A stretch of DNA of 63,767 nt, counting the filler, from Conidiobolus incongruus B7586 (taxonomy: Eukaryota): the NCBI GenBank assembly GCA_000697335.1. It is 12 parts of 12 records of this genome, joined end to end, with 100 filler letters (N's around TTAATTAATTAA, not from the genome) between each part and the next. Parts side by side here need not be neighbours in the genome. Positions count along the whole stretch, not along the records: positions 12,077 to 14,077 come from JNEM01006947.1; positions 14,178 to 15,861 come from JNEM01006948.1; positions 15,962 to 30,746 come from JNEM01006949.1; 9 more parts are not named here. One strand, 5' to 3'. Shown here one piece after another: positions 12,252-24,620 of the stretch. The notes under the pieces are model-generated. The model made no database searches and was not told the DNA's origin. It saw only the letters and a list, made by a program, of their open reading frames with translations. Positions within the stretch are counted from its first letter, which is position 1, and every line of letters begins with the position of its first letter. A program made the position numbers and the translations under genes.

Positions 12252-14077
12252 TTAATTCCTTTATCAAATTTATAGAAATATCTTATATTAAATAATATCA
12301 TATATCTTTAAGCTATAATTAACCTATCATTATATTTTTAGGTTAAAATAATATAATAGTCATAAAGTAATTTTTTGTCTTTTCTAAAATATCTAGTTTT
12401 TCTATTAGATTTATTAAGATATATTTTTGTTTTATAAAATTAAATAACCTTATTTTAATTAATTTTAGTTTAACTTTAATAATGATATTTAAACTCCCAT
12501 CTAGCTTTATAATAGGATTTTTTAGTTAAAGATGTTTTTTCTTGAGATATAAGTGGTATTTATTTTAATATAAAATATATATTATAGTATTAATACTAAC
12601 TAATATTCTTATATAATTTTGTAATTCTTTTTATATTACTTTGTAATTTAAATAATAGGAATTTTTTGCAATTTAAAAAAGTAAACATTTTAATATAAAA
12701 AAAATAAAAATAAATATATAATATAAAATTAATAATTTTTTTTATTTCTAATAATATTTTGCTATACTTTTAGCAAAGATCTAACACTTAAAAAATAGTT
12801 CTTTTTATTAAAGACTGAAATTTGATATTTTACAAACCAATTAAATTTTCCTATAAAAATTTTCTTTCCTGTAAGCTGGTTTTTTAATTGCCTAAAACAA
12901 TTATAATCACATAGGTTATAATCTAAGAAATATATTAGATGTGGTAGTTTTTTCCAGTTATTTTTAATTAAAAAGTGTTTTATAACTTTAGATTTATGTA
13001 TTTTGCAAATATCATACAAAATAATAGGTTTTTTGAAATTATATTAAAATTACCAATTAGAAATAGTTTTATTTAAAAAAAATATAGAGTTTACTATTAA
13101 TTGATTTTCTTATTAGAATTAAATAAAAATAGCATATGACATTATAATCTATTACAATAATTAACATTCACTTATCAATAAAGTATTTATTTAAAGGAAT
13201 TTGTAAAGGGGGTTGATTTAGCTTAATCCAACATTTTGATTTATGTTTTGGTAAAGGATTATACAAAAGAATCTAAGATTCATTAATTATAATAATTCAC
13301 TGTAAAAGCTTTAGTTTCTAGCTATACCTTAGTAAGTTTTGTTTAACAATAGCTACTCTAACTTTTTTTTAAGCTTTAGTTAAATTATAAGGTACTTATT
13401 TTATATTTTTATTAATTAATTTGAATTTAAACTTTAATATATATAAAATACTTATATAACTAATATTAAAATGTTTTGATAACTCTTTAACTGAAATAAA
13501 AAGGTGCTTTTCAATATATTTCTTTATTTTATTAATAATTAGAAAAGTCATAGTTAAAATTAATCTTCTAGATTTTAGCAGGTTTTGGGTAATTTCTCTC
13601 TTAAACTTAAAGTAATTTATATAACAAAAATTATTAATTTAGATAATGCTTCATTATAAAAAACTGCTTGTAAATTTTAAATGACTTTAGAGAGTTTATA
13701 GTTAAGTTTTACTAATACTAAAATAAAAGACTTTTGATGATCCTATTTAATTTAAGCATAATTAAATTAAATAACTAATTTTAAAAAATTATTTTAATCA
13801 AAAAAGTTACTATATATATATATATATATAACTTAAAACTATTTTTTTTCCTATTTGTTTTGTATATATTATTTTATTTGAAACTGATAATATGTTTCAA
13901 AAATCAGAAATGAAAAAATATCCTATTTCTTCAATTCCATGATAATATTTCTATAATAATATTATACTTACTTATAAATATATTTTTTATTATATTTATC
14001 AATAGTTTTAATTTATTTAGGTTTAAGTTTATATATATCATTATTATAATGTTTAATAACTTTAGTTAAAATAGATT
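12252..14077 (-). mobile_element. Tc1-like relic split by a mariner insertion (Tc1 parts 12252-12633 and 13948-14077)
   Basis: 12252-12633 aligns to ~59645-60028, and 13948-14077 continues to ~60031-60175. Confidence 0.8.
12636..13945 (-). mobile_element. Full-length degenerate mariner (DD34D), 1310 bp
   Basis: Imperfect TIRs (ttactttgtaatttaaataatagga / tcctatttcttcaattccatgataa). TA duplications at 12634-35 and 13946-47. Transposase remnant LPHLIYFLDYNLCDYNCF in ORF 12762-13019. Confidence 0.9.
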
Positions 14078-14353
14078 NNNNNNNNNNNNNNNNNNNNNNN
14101 NNNNNNNNNNNNNNNNNNNNNTTAATTAATTAANNNNNNNNNNNNNNNNNNNNNNNNNNNNNNNNNNNNNNNNNNNNTTATAGCTTTAAATTTATATAAT
14201 TTATAATATTATAAAGAATAATAGATTTTTTTAAATTATATATAAAATATTAATTAAAAAATTTTATTTTGAAAAATAATATAAAGTTGATTATAAGTTG
14301 CTTTTGCTTCAGAAATTTATTAAAAATAATCAATATTATTATTATTTATAATA

Positions 14354-15669
14354 TTATCATAGAATCAAAAAAATAAGAAATTTTTTAATTTCTGATTTTT
14401 CAAACATATTATTAGTTTCAAATAAAAAATAATATACAAAATAAATAAGAAAATAAATAGATTTAAATTATATATATATATATATATAATAACTTTTTTA
14501 ATTAAAAAAATAATTTTTTAAAATTAGTTGTTTAATTTAATTATACTTAAAATAAATAGTAACCATCAAAAGTCTTTTATTTTAGTATTAGTAAAACTTA
14601 ACTATAAACCCTCTAAAAGCATTTAAAATTTACAAGCAGCTTTTGGTAATGAAGCATTATCTAAATTAACAATTTATTACTAGGTAAATTACTTTAAAGC
14701 TAGGAGAGAAACTACCCAAAACCTTTTAAAATCTAAAAGACTAATTTTAACTATTACTTTTCTAATTATAAATAAAATAAAAAAATATATTGAAAAGTAC
14801 CTTTTTATTTCAGCTAGAGAATTATCAAAACACTTTAATTTTAGTTATATAAGTATTTTATATATATTAAAGTTTAAATTAAAATTAATTAATAAAAATG
14901 TAAAATAGGTACCTTATAATATAACTAAAGCTTAAAAAAAGTTAGAGTAGCTATTACTAAAGAAAACTTACTAAGGTATAGCTAGAAACCAAGGCTTTTA
15001 TAGCAAACTATTATAATTAATAAATCTTAGATTCTTTTGTATAATCCTTTACCAAAACATAAATCAAAGGGTTGGATTAAATTAAATCAACCCCTTCTAT
15101 AAATTCCTTTATATAAACACTTTATTGATAAACAAATGTTATTTATTATAATAAATTATAATAGTATATGCTATTTTTATTTAGTTTCTAAAGGAAAATC
15201 AATTAATAGTAAACTTTATATTTCTTTTTTAAATAGATTTATTTCTAATTGATATTCTTAATATAATTTAAGAAAACCTATTATTTTTCATGATAATTGT
15301 AAAATACATAAATCTAAAGCTATAAAAAACTTTTTAATTAAAAATAACTGGAAAAAACTACCATATCTAGTATATTCTTTAGATTATAACCTATGTGATT
15401 ATAATTGTTTTAGGTAATTAAAACACTAGCTTACAGGAAAAAAAATTTCTACAAGAAAATTTAATTGGTTTGTGAAATATTAAATTTCAGTTTTTAATAA
15501 AAAGAATTGTTTTTTAGGTGTTAGATCTTTACTAAAAGTATAGCAAAAAGTTATTAATAATAAAAGAAATTATTCATTTTATAATATATATTTAATTTTA
15601 CTCTTTATATATTAAAATGTTTATTTTTTTCAATCACAAAAAATTCCCATTATTTAAATTATAAAGTAA
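14354..15669 (+). mobile_element. Full-length degenerate mariner (DD34D), 1316 bp
   Basis: Reverse-complement match to 12636-13945, flanked by TA on both sides. Remnants LQAAFGNEALSK, K*VPYN and HDNCKIHKSK are readable. Confidence 0.9.
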
Positions 15670-18325
15670 TAATATCTGATATTTGTTTATTAATAAATTA
15701 TTTATTAAATTATTTAACAAAATTTATAAAAAAGCTTGAATAAACTTAATTTACCATTTTGGTCTATATTTAAATATAGGATGATATAATAAAATTTGAA
15801 TTTTATTAATTATAAAGAAATTATTTTATAAGGCTTAGTCTTTAGTTATAATTTAATAAGTNNNNNNNNNNNNNNNNNNNNNNNNNNNNNNNNNNNNNNN
15901 NNNNNTTAATTAATTAANNNNNNNNNNNNNNNNNNNNNNNNNNNNNNNNNNNNNNNNNNNNATTTATATAACCTAATTTTATATATTTTATTTTTATCAA
16001 ATTTATTAATTTTCTAATAATGTTATTTAATTAAAATAAGCTATATTATCAATATATAGATTTATAAAATTTATAATTGATATAAATATTCATATAATTT
16101 AATAAATTTATTCTTTTAACAACCTAATATTTAGGAAATATAAATTTATTAAAAATTTTTTAAAATTATTTAATCAGAATAATAAACCAATAATTATTGT
16201 TATTATAATGATAAAAAATATAAACTATAAGATGACTTAATTATAAATAATTAAGTATAATAATAATGTACATTATTAAAAATTCTAATATTTGAACCAT
16301 TTAATAATATGCATCCTAATCCAAAAGATAAATTGGGAATATTCATTAAACATGAAAATTAATTTTTTTTAAATTTCCAAAAAATATTAAAATATTGATA
16401 TTGAATGTGTAAATCAAAAAATATTAAAGGAGGGAAATTTGTTTTGAAAATGTGATATAATCGCCACTAACAAATTTTCAATAATTCCAAACCCAAATTC
16501 CAAATATTGATTCTTGTATTGTATATAAACATATTCATCTCAGAGCACTACTAATATTGTAGCAACAATAAATATTGTGACTTGAGTTTCGGATACAATT
16601 CCGTTGATGAAGGTTAAAAGAGGTAATTTTCATAATTGTTAAAACGTTACGAGAAATAGCCGATTTTGGTTGCCTTATTCAGATTGTAAAGATTTTCGAG
16701 TTGATATTCCACACCCAATGAATCGATTTTATTGAACTTGGAATTATATGTTCCGACTTCTTATGAAACTATTTCATAGTATGATTGTTTTTTTCTGTAA
16801 TGCCACATTCAAGGTGTAAACAAATGGTGGAATTTTTATGAATGGTATTGATAATACTATAAATATTAACCAATATTTCAACGATGTTAAACTTCTTAGT
16901 TTGAATAAATGAAAATGGTGAAATATATCGAATGTTGTGTATATTATTTCAAGATTAAATCGCGATTATGAATAAATGGCAATTTAATATCCATCATTTT
17001 CAGTCGACTTAGTAAATAATTAGAACAACTTTAAGCTTAAATTATATTCACTTTAAAATATCATTGCTTTAAATTATATCGCCAAAGAATTATTAGAATA
17101 AATAATGATAAATAAATATTTAAATAATAATCTAATAAATCTGAGTAAACAATAAACATTTCATATCACAAATTATTTTCATAGAACGATTTTGGAAGGA
17201 GTTGAGAATAATTAACTTTAAATTAATTAAATATAACAATGATTTATTATAATAATCATTGTATTGTTTACCGAATATTTTGATTATAAATTGATATTAA
17301 TCAAATTGAAGAGACAGTATAATTGATTATAATCAGATTAAACAATAATATTCAAAAACTATATTTGAACACAAAATTTTTATTATCAAATTGCAAACTA
17401 ATTAATTATAATAAAATATTCAGAAAAATTATTCACTCAAGAATTTCAAAAAAATTTTCAAATAAACAAAGTTCATCCAATCATAATAGAGTTATATTCT
17501 GGAAATTTAAGAATTTCAATGAAAAATCTCAAAACTGTGGCTGAGAGATTTACCACCGCTAACATAGCAGCACCATTTCACTTGATATGAGCAAGACAAT
17601 TCGATCCAAATAAAGTATGAAGGAATTAGAATAGGTTAAAATTACCCCATTAAGTATCTTTCGCTCAAATTAGGTTTATAAAGGTTAGTAAGTTTAAGCT
17701 ATCAAAAATGAATAGTATTAGTAAATTTTAATATTATGAATTTAAAAAAAATAATCTACAAAATAATAATAAAATGTTTATAAAATACTTACCTTGCATT
17801 GAAATAAATAAAAAAATAATGTAAATTACTTAATTCCTCATAAAAAACTCACATAAAATATTAATATTCACCTCAATTATTAAAAAATTCTCTTAAATAC
17901 CAATAATAATTGTGATAAATTTTTTCCTAAATTAGTTGGAATTAAGCTAAATTAAAAGTTATAATAATTTGAATAGAAATTTAAGAATATTTAGCATTAA
18001 CCCAAAATGATTATTAATACAACTTTTTTTTACTTCTAAATCCACAAAGTTTTCAACTCAACTCATACAAATCAAAAACTTTGTAATTTATTTCCAAATT
18101 GGGATATTGACCAATCACAGTGGGAGATAAAAAAATCCTCAAATTTAATTTTAATGATTTGTTTTCATGCTGAGAAACTGGATTCTAATTTGAAGGTTTT
18201 TTCAGATTAACTGATTAAATTCTGTTTATTGGTAATAGTTGTTGACTTTAGTATTGTTGTGCTGGTTATTTTTATTGAATTTTTGATATATTGTATTTTA
18301 TTATTTTAAATCAATTATTAATACG

Positions 18326-18675
18326 ATGCAGACTGCAACAGCCAATGTAAGTGGAGTGAGTTGCGACGTTTGTAGAAAGCGTAAAGTGAAATGTAGTCGC
18401 GATTTACCCGAATGCTTATGGTGTTCCAAGCACAAAGTAATATGTACGTATCCTTCACACTCGCACCGTAGGAGAAATGATAAATCGCCAACAACTGGAA
18501 AAATCAATATCAATTTGGATAATTCTAAGAATAAATATTTTTTATTAAGTAACAGTAGTCAAGTGATAAACTCGGGTGAATTGAAATTAATTTCTAAATC
18601 GCAAGGTGGTTTGAACCAGTTCGCTTTGTATCAGATTGTAAGGCCGAGTAGTTTGGATGGCACGGGATGTGAATT

Positions 18676-18714
<39 letters not shown>

Positions 18715-20170
18715 TGGTTGCAGCAGCAGCAGCAGCAGCAATAGTGGTGGTAGTAGGAGTCCCTCACCAAGATCCCTGAATGCTAGTACAACAACACAGC
18801 TGTACTCCTTTAAATTGCAGACACTAGTCCTATTAATAGGTCAAATTATAGACAATCAACCCGAATTACTACAATCTATAGAGCCATTTTATCGAAGTGT
18901 AAAAAGCGGCGAATTATCCAAATCTATCAAATTAAAAATCTTTATGAATAATAGTTGGTTCAATGTACTGCATCATCCCACATTCCACACACAGATGATA
19001 GATAATTTTTTTAATGTGTTTAATCCATTTATAACGTACCTTGGCAAATTTCACTTTTTTAAAAATCTTCATCAGATGCCCAGTATAATATTGAGAGTGA
19101 TTCGGTTTATTGGCTACCAGTTCACCTTAAATCAAGATAAATATCTGAGGAATTTTTTGAAGGATTTATGTATGATTGAACTAAGGCAGAATTTTTTCAA
19201 AGTGAACTTGATTAATTGTACAAGTTTGTTGATTTTTAGTTATGCTGAATTGATGCAAGGATACATTAAACAGAGCTGGGTTTACTACAATCAGGGTGCC
19301 TTAATGGCGAGTGCTATGGGAATCCATTTGGATGTGCCTACTCTAAGTGAGTTGGAGCAAGATCGTCGCCAAATCATTAGATCAATGGTTTTATGTCATG
19401 ACTTACACTTATCTTGTCTTCTTGATAATGCTCAACCATATTTCAATTATATGATATATCAGGTGACATGTTTAGACTATCGATTCCAATTGCCCCCAAC
19501 ATCATATTGGAGCATACTAGAAATTGTGAACGCTCAGGCTAATTGTATATTAAAATACACTTACGATCGATACTGGCTACCTGCAATCTATCATATAGCC
19601 ATTTTTTCTACAAAAAACTCTAATAGAAATAATCTCACATTGAAAGAATTAGATCAAACAATAACCAAGTTTACAAAAATGCTCGATTATTGCTATATTC
19701 AGGGATTGGACAAATTCGTTAAACTTGGACAAATTTACAACTTTCCAGAAGCGCATAAAACGATAGAAAATTCCATCACGGTGTTTGTGCTCATGTACCA
19801 GCATTTACTTTTGGGTCTCTTTTCACACTATCCCACCCCAAAACAACTATCACCCGACTCACCGCCACCCCTCTGGCTATCCCGAGCACTTTACGGAGCG
19901 AAAGTCATCTTTAACATCGCCAAGAAATGTCCAAGAAGTTATTTAATTATGCATCATCACTATCTCACTGAAATATCGCTATTCTATCTAAAATTTGGCA
20001 AGTCCATAAGCGACAATTACCGCAAAGAATTTCAACAAATCCTACAGTCCATCTACGAAATGTTCCTCAACTACAATTCCAAATTCGCATTTTCCGATTC
20101 CACCACGGAAGCGTTTATGATCATTTCCCAAGCCCTGGGATACCAGTATAAAACCAAACAATTCGCGTAA
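18326..20170 (+). CDS. Zn(II)2Cys6 fungal transcription factor, 614 aa, intronless
   Basis: SCDVCRKRKVKCSRDLPECLWCSKHKVICTY has all six Cys. Middle-homology-like region ALMASAMGIH...RRQI is present. Confidence 0.93.
18677..18739 (+). repeat. Coding (AGT)11 / (AGC)6 microsatellite encoding poly-Ser
   Basis: Directly visible. The paralog has only a short Ser run at ~24240-24258. Confidence 0.9.
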
Positions 20171-22832
20171 GATTATGATAGCTTGACTCAATTTCATTTG
20201 CAGGGATTGATATCAGAAGTAGTTTTGATCATACATTTCCAAATTGGGTAATTTTAAAAAATGATGGAATTATCCCTTCCCAATTATCCATTCATCATCT
20301 CTCCTCACCGTCGACCTTATCTCGTGATTTTCTAAAAGATGATTTCATATTTTATGTAAAGGGAATTGATCCAAACTCCTTGATTTTTTTCAATCAATAC
20401 ATCATTCTTGAATCAATTTTTTTCATATAATAATTAAAGTTGACTAGATTGTTGATATGACCTAGGGCTCAAAACGATATGTTCCAAGGACTCAATATCA
20501 TCAGTTAATTGCTTATTTGTCCTAATTGTTAATAAATTCCCCTGAATCAAATTGAATTAGAATGGAATCTAGATCCAATATTTTTACAAATATTTACAAA
20601 ATATTTTTATCTTAAAATTATTATTTTTGAATAAATTTTATAGTGTAATAGTTGATAAATGATTTAAAAATTACATAATATATTTTTATAATAAATTTAT
20701 AACATAAATCAATTAAACAGTTAAAGTGACCTATAATATATAATCAACTATTCAATGTTAATTGTAATAATAATTCAATAAAAATATATTTTATTATTGA
20801 AAATAAAAAAATAATATATAGGGACTATTTAATATTTAATAAATATTATTTAACTAAATCCATGATAATATAAGTTATCCAAGTAGAGAAATGATTCATC
20901 TTTTAGGATATTAACTATCAAATGAAAAATAAAATATATTAATGTTTATTATACTACTAGAAACCTTGAATCATCATCCTAAATAAATGATTATTTATAG
21001 TATATTATATTAGTTTAACTAATAAAATGATTTGGTTCAGGGTTTAAATATATATTTTTTATGAATTTTCTTTTAAAAAATATTTTTAATAATTGATTGA
21101 AATTTAATAATTAATCTATTGGATATAGATAATTGAATACAGTTATATAATTAATACACCAAGATATTAATAATATAGTAGACCTAAAAATTCAATTTCT
21201 AAGTATCAAAGATCAGGACCTTTAAACGAAATGAAAAAAAATTGGTTTAATAAAATATCAACAACTTAAACAATTTTTCAACTTGTCAAATTCTTTTTAA
21301 AATTTATAAATTATATTAAAATAAAAATACAATTATAGCTATATAAGTTTTATAACTTTGAATAATTTATTATTAATATTACTATGATCTAAATTGTGTT
21401 GAATCATTTTTAGGTCGTTGACCCTACTAAGTCATTTTGATCCAATTAGTCAGATTAAAAAAAATCATTTAGTTATGTAATAATCAAGTCACAAATCTCA
21501 AAACTGGTAAATTTGATCCAAATAGTTAAACATTAAAAAGTAATGTTTAAGTAATTAGTACAAATCATTAGGTTATGAAAAAGTTTTTTATTGGTAAATT
21601 GAGGAGTAATTTTATGCTAAGGTATCAAAAAAATATTTAAGTAAAGCCTAAACTTTGTTTTAAATAAATATGAAATTATTAAATATAAATATTATATAAT
21701 AAATTTTAAAATTATTTATTTAAAATATATCATGTTTTTTATTATTGAATATAATCAAAAAATTTTTTTTATATTTTATTTAAATCTACTAAGAAAAATT
21801 TACCATAATTTGATGAAAAAATAGTGAAAAGGATCATACTCCTGGTAATAGTTATTATTGGATAGGTAATTTCAGAATAGGACAATACTCAATAAATGAC
21901 AAATCTATAATTAACTATCCAAATTCAATCACTAATAAAAGAAATGATTAAGATCTCAAAGATGTATGGAAAATAAATCATATTTATCATCTTGGGATAC
22001 TTCAAAGAGATTTCATATTAATAATAAACTTATTTTTTATTAAAAATTAATATATAATTAAATACCTTATATATTGTTAATTTTTCAAAAAAATATATAG
22101 TAAATAATACAATTCAAAACATTGATAAATAAATAATTCATTTTAGACTATTAAAATGAATTATTTCTAATAATAAAAGCTGGAATCCATTGTACAAATA
22201 GATTATTCCTTTTCAAAAGTGTAGTGTGTGGACTAAATATAAAAGTCTATTCTAAATTTTTTCTTAACTTAAAAAATTCTAAATTGAAAATTCTTTTTAT
22301 TATTGAAATAAATGTCAAAGGTATTTACTTCAAACTAATATTTCTACAATGAATTATTATAATAAATATATTTTCTTTTAGTTCATTTTTAATTCAAATC
22401 CAAAAAAATATTACTTTTTTATTGTATTCAAACATCCTTTAATCATTCATGATAATGTAAAGCCCTATTAAGTAAATATTACCAAAGACCTTATTAAATC
22501 TAATAAATTTACTCTATTACCATATCTACCATATTTTTCAAATTTAAACCTATTTTGATTTCAAGATCATTTAGCTATTAAAGAATTTCTGTGCTAAAAA
22601 GCGATATTAGAGCTTTAATCATATTAATGCAAAAATTAGAAAGAATTTAAACTAGTTAACAAACAAGGGGTTTTTAATGTGGTAAGGTAACTTCCAAAAA
22701 TTTGGAAATTTATTTCATCAAATAGAGAGAACTTATTTATATTATATAATAATGGTTTTTATTAATAATTATTAAATCGGTTTTAATATACATTTTGATT
22801 TTTTAAATTTATTTCACAATCTAATATAATCA

Positions 22833-24620
22833 TTAATTTACAGTAATGTGCTTGTGTTTAAGGCGATAGCCTAAAGACTGGGAAATGATCTCGAACGCTT
22901 CAGTAGTTGACTGTGAAAATGTGAATTTGGAACTATAGTTAAGGAACATATCATAAATTGATTGTAGAATTTGTTCGAATTGTTTCCTATAATCATTGCC
23001 GATAACTGAGCTGAATTTAAGGTAGAACAGAGAAATAAGGGTGAGGTAATGATGATGCATAATGAGGAAATTTTTGGGGCATTTTTGAGCATGATTGAAT
23101 ATGACTTTAGCACTGTGCAAGGAGCGTGACAGCCATTGTGGAGGTGAATTATGAGATAATTTATCAGGGACTGGATATTGTGAAAAAAGGGTTAAAATAT
23201 AGTGGTGGTACGTTAATGCGAATACCATCACATAGTTTTCAATCACTTTATGAGCTTCTGGGAAATTATGAATTTGACCCAATTGTAAAAATTTATACAG
23301 CCCTTGGATATAGCAATAGTCAAATATCCTTGTAAACCTAGTGATTTTGACGTCCAAATCATTCAGTTCCAACTGATGATGAGCGCTCTTAAAAGAATAT
23401 GTCACAAGCTGGTGGATCGCCGGCATCCAGTACCGATCAAAAGTGTATTTTAGAACACAGTTTGCTTGAGCATCTATAACTTCCAAGATATTCCAATGGG
23501 GAGTAGGAGGCAATTGAAAGCGATAGTCTATTTTGTTAATTGTATATATCATATAGCCGAAATAGGGCATAAAATTATCCAGAAGAGCGGTCATATGCAA
23601 ATCATGGCAAGTAACCATCGATCTAACAATATGTCTTCTATCTTGCTCCAGTTCAATCAAAGAAGGAACATCCAAATGGATTCCCATAGCACTCGCCATT
23701 AATGCACCCTGATTATAATAAACCCAGCTCTTTTTGACATTTCCCTGTACCACCTCTGAGTAACTAAATATTAGCAAACTAATGCAATTTAAAAAATTTA
23801 CTTGAAAAAAATTCCGTCTAAGTTCAGTCAAACACAAATCCTTTAAAAAATTCCTGAGCTGCTTATCTTGATCCCAAGTAAACTGATACCCAACAAACCG
23901 TATAGTATTCAATAAAATTTGAGGTAACTGATGTAAGTTTTTGAAGAAATAACATTTGCCAATGTAAGTAATATACGGGTTAAAAACTTTGAAAAAATTT
24001 TCTATCATTTGTGAGTCGAAGTTTGGGTGGTGTAGAATATTGAGCCAGTTGTTATTCATAAAAATTTTTAGTTTGAGATTTTTCGCAAGTTCACCCTTTT
24101 GCACATTTTGATAAAAGGTTTCTATAGATTGGAGTAAGTCCGGCTTCTTCTCGATAATTTGGTTGACTAATAGTAGTATAGTTTGTAATTGGAAACGGTA
24201 TAGCTGGGTTGAAGTAGTTGTTGATATGGAGTTTGGCGTTGAACTACTACTACTACTATTAAGTTTCGTACTATCATTGAAAGGATTAGACTGAATAATC
24301 TGGTATAAGATGAACTGCTTTAAACCACTATGAGTACTGTTGTTTTTACTAACGAGTTGAATTTCCGATGACCTCAACTGAGAGTGATTATTAAAGACTA
24401 CGTACTTGTTTCTAGTATTATCCATATTGATACTAATTTTGCCAGTGTTTGGAGAATTGTCATTTCGTCTCCTATGAGATTGCGAAGGGTAAGTACATAT
24501 CACTTTATGTTTAGAACACCATTGACAATCTGGCAAATCCCGACTGCATTTCACTTTTCGCTTTCTACAAACGTCGCAACTCACCCCGCTTAAATTGGGT
24601 GCATTCTTAGGTTGGGTCAT
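22833..24620 (-). CDS. Zn(II)2Cys6 transcription factor, 595 aa, paralog of 18326-20170
   Basis: Near-identical zinc cluster and collinear similarity over the whole length. Oriented convergently with the paralog. Confidence 0.93.
   Translation of the reverse strand: MTQPKNAPNLSGVSCDVCRKRKVKCSRDLPDCQWCSKHKVICTYPSQSHRRRNDNSPNTGKISINMDNTRNKYVVFNNHSQLRSSEIQLVSKNNSTHSGLKQFILYQIIQSNPFNDSTKLNSSSSSSTPNSISTTTSTQLYRFQLQTILLLVNQIIEKKPDLLQSIETFYQNVQKGELAKNLKLKIFMNNNWLNILHHPNFDSQMIENFFKVFNPYITYIGKCYFFKNLHQLPQILLNTIRFVGYQFTWDQDKQLRNFLKDLCLTELRRNFFQVNFLNCISLLIFSYSEVVQGNVKKSWVYYNQGALMASAMGIHLDVPSLIELEQDRRHIVRSMVTCHDLHMTALLDNFMPYFGYMIYTINKIDYRFQLPPTPHWNILEVIDAQANCVLKYTFDRYWMPAIHQLVTYSFKSAHHQLELNDLDVKITRFTRIFDYCYIQGLYKFLQLGQIHNFPEAHKVIENYVMVFALTYHHYILTLFSQYPVPDKLSHNSPPQWLSRSLHSAKVIFNHAQKCPKNFLIMHHHYLTLISLFYLKFSSVIGNDYRKQFEQILQSIYDMFLNYSSKFTFSQSTTEAFEIISQSLGYRLKHKHITVN

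Noticed and set aside
12762..13019. 85-aa ORF (and 62054-62254, 60026-60211) as host genes
   Set aside because: These lie in dead transposons and are transposase remnants or antisense noise.
14280..14350. Weak similarity to the reverse complement of ~63140-63210, suggesting a third repeat family
   Set aside because: The match is short and low-complexity and does not extend convincingly by eye.
17323..17544. Short AT-rich ORFs (also 29907, 39620, 51623, 56180)
   Set aside because: I/N/K/F-biased chance frames, several with non-ATG starts and no motifs.
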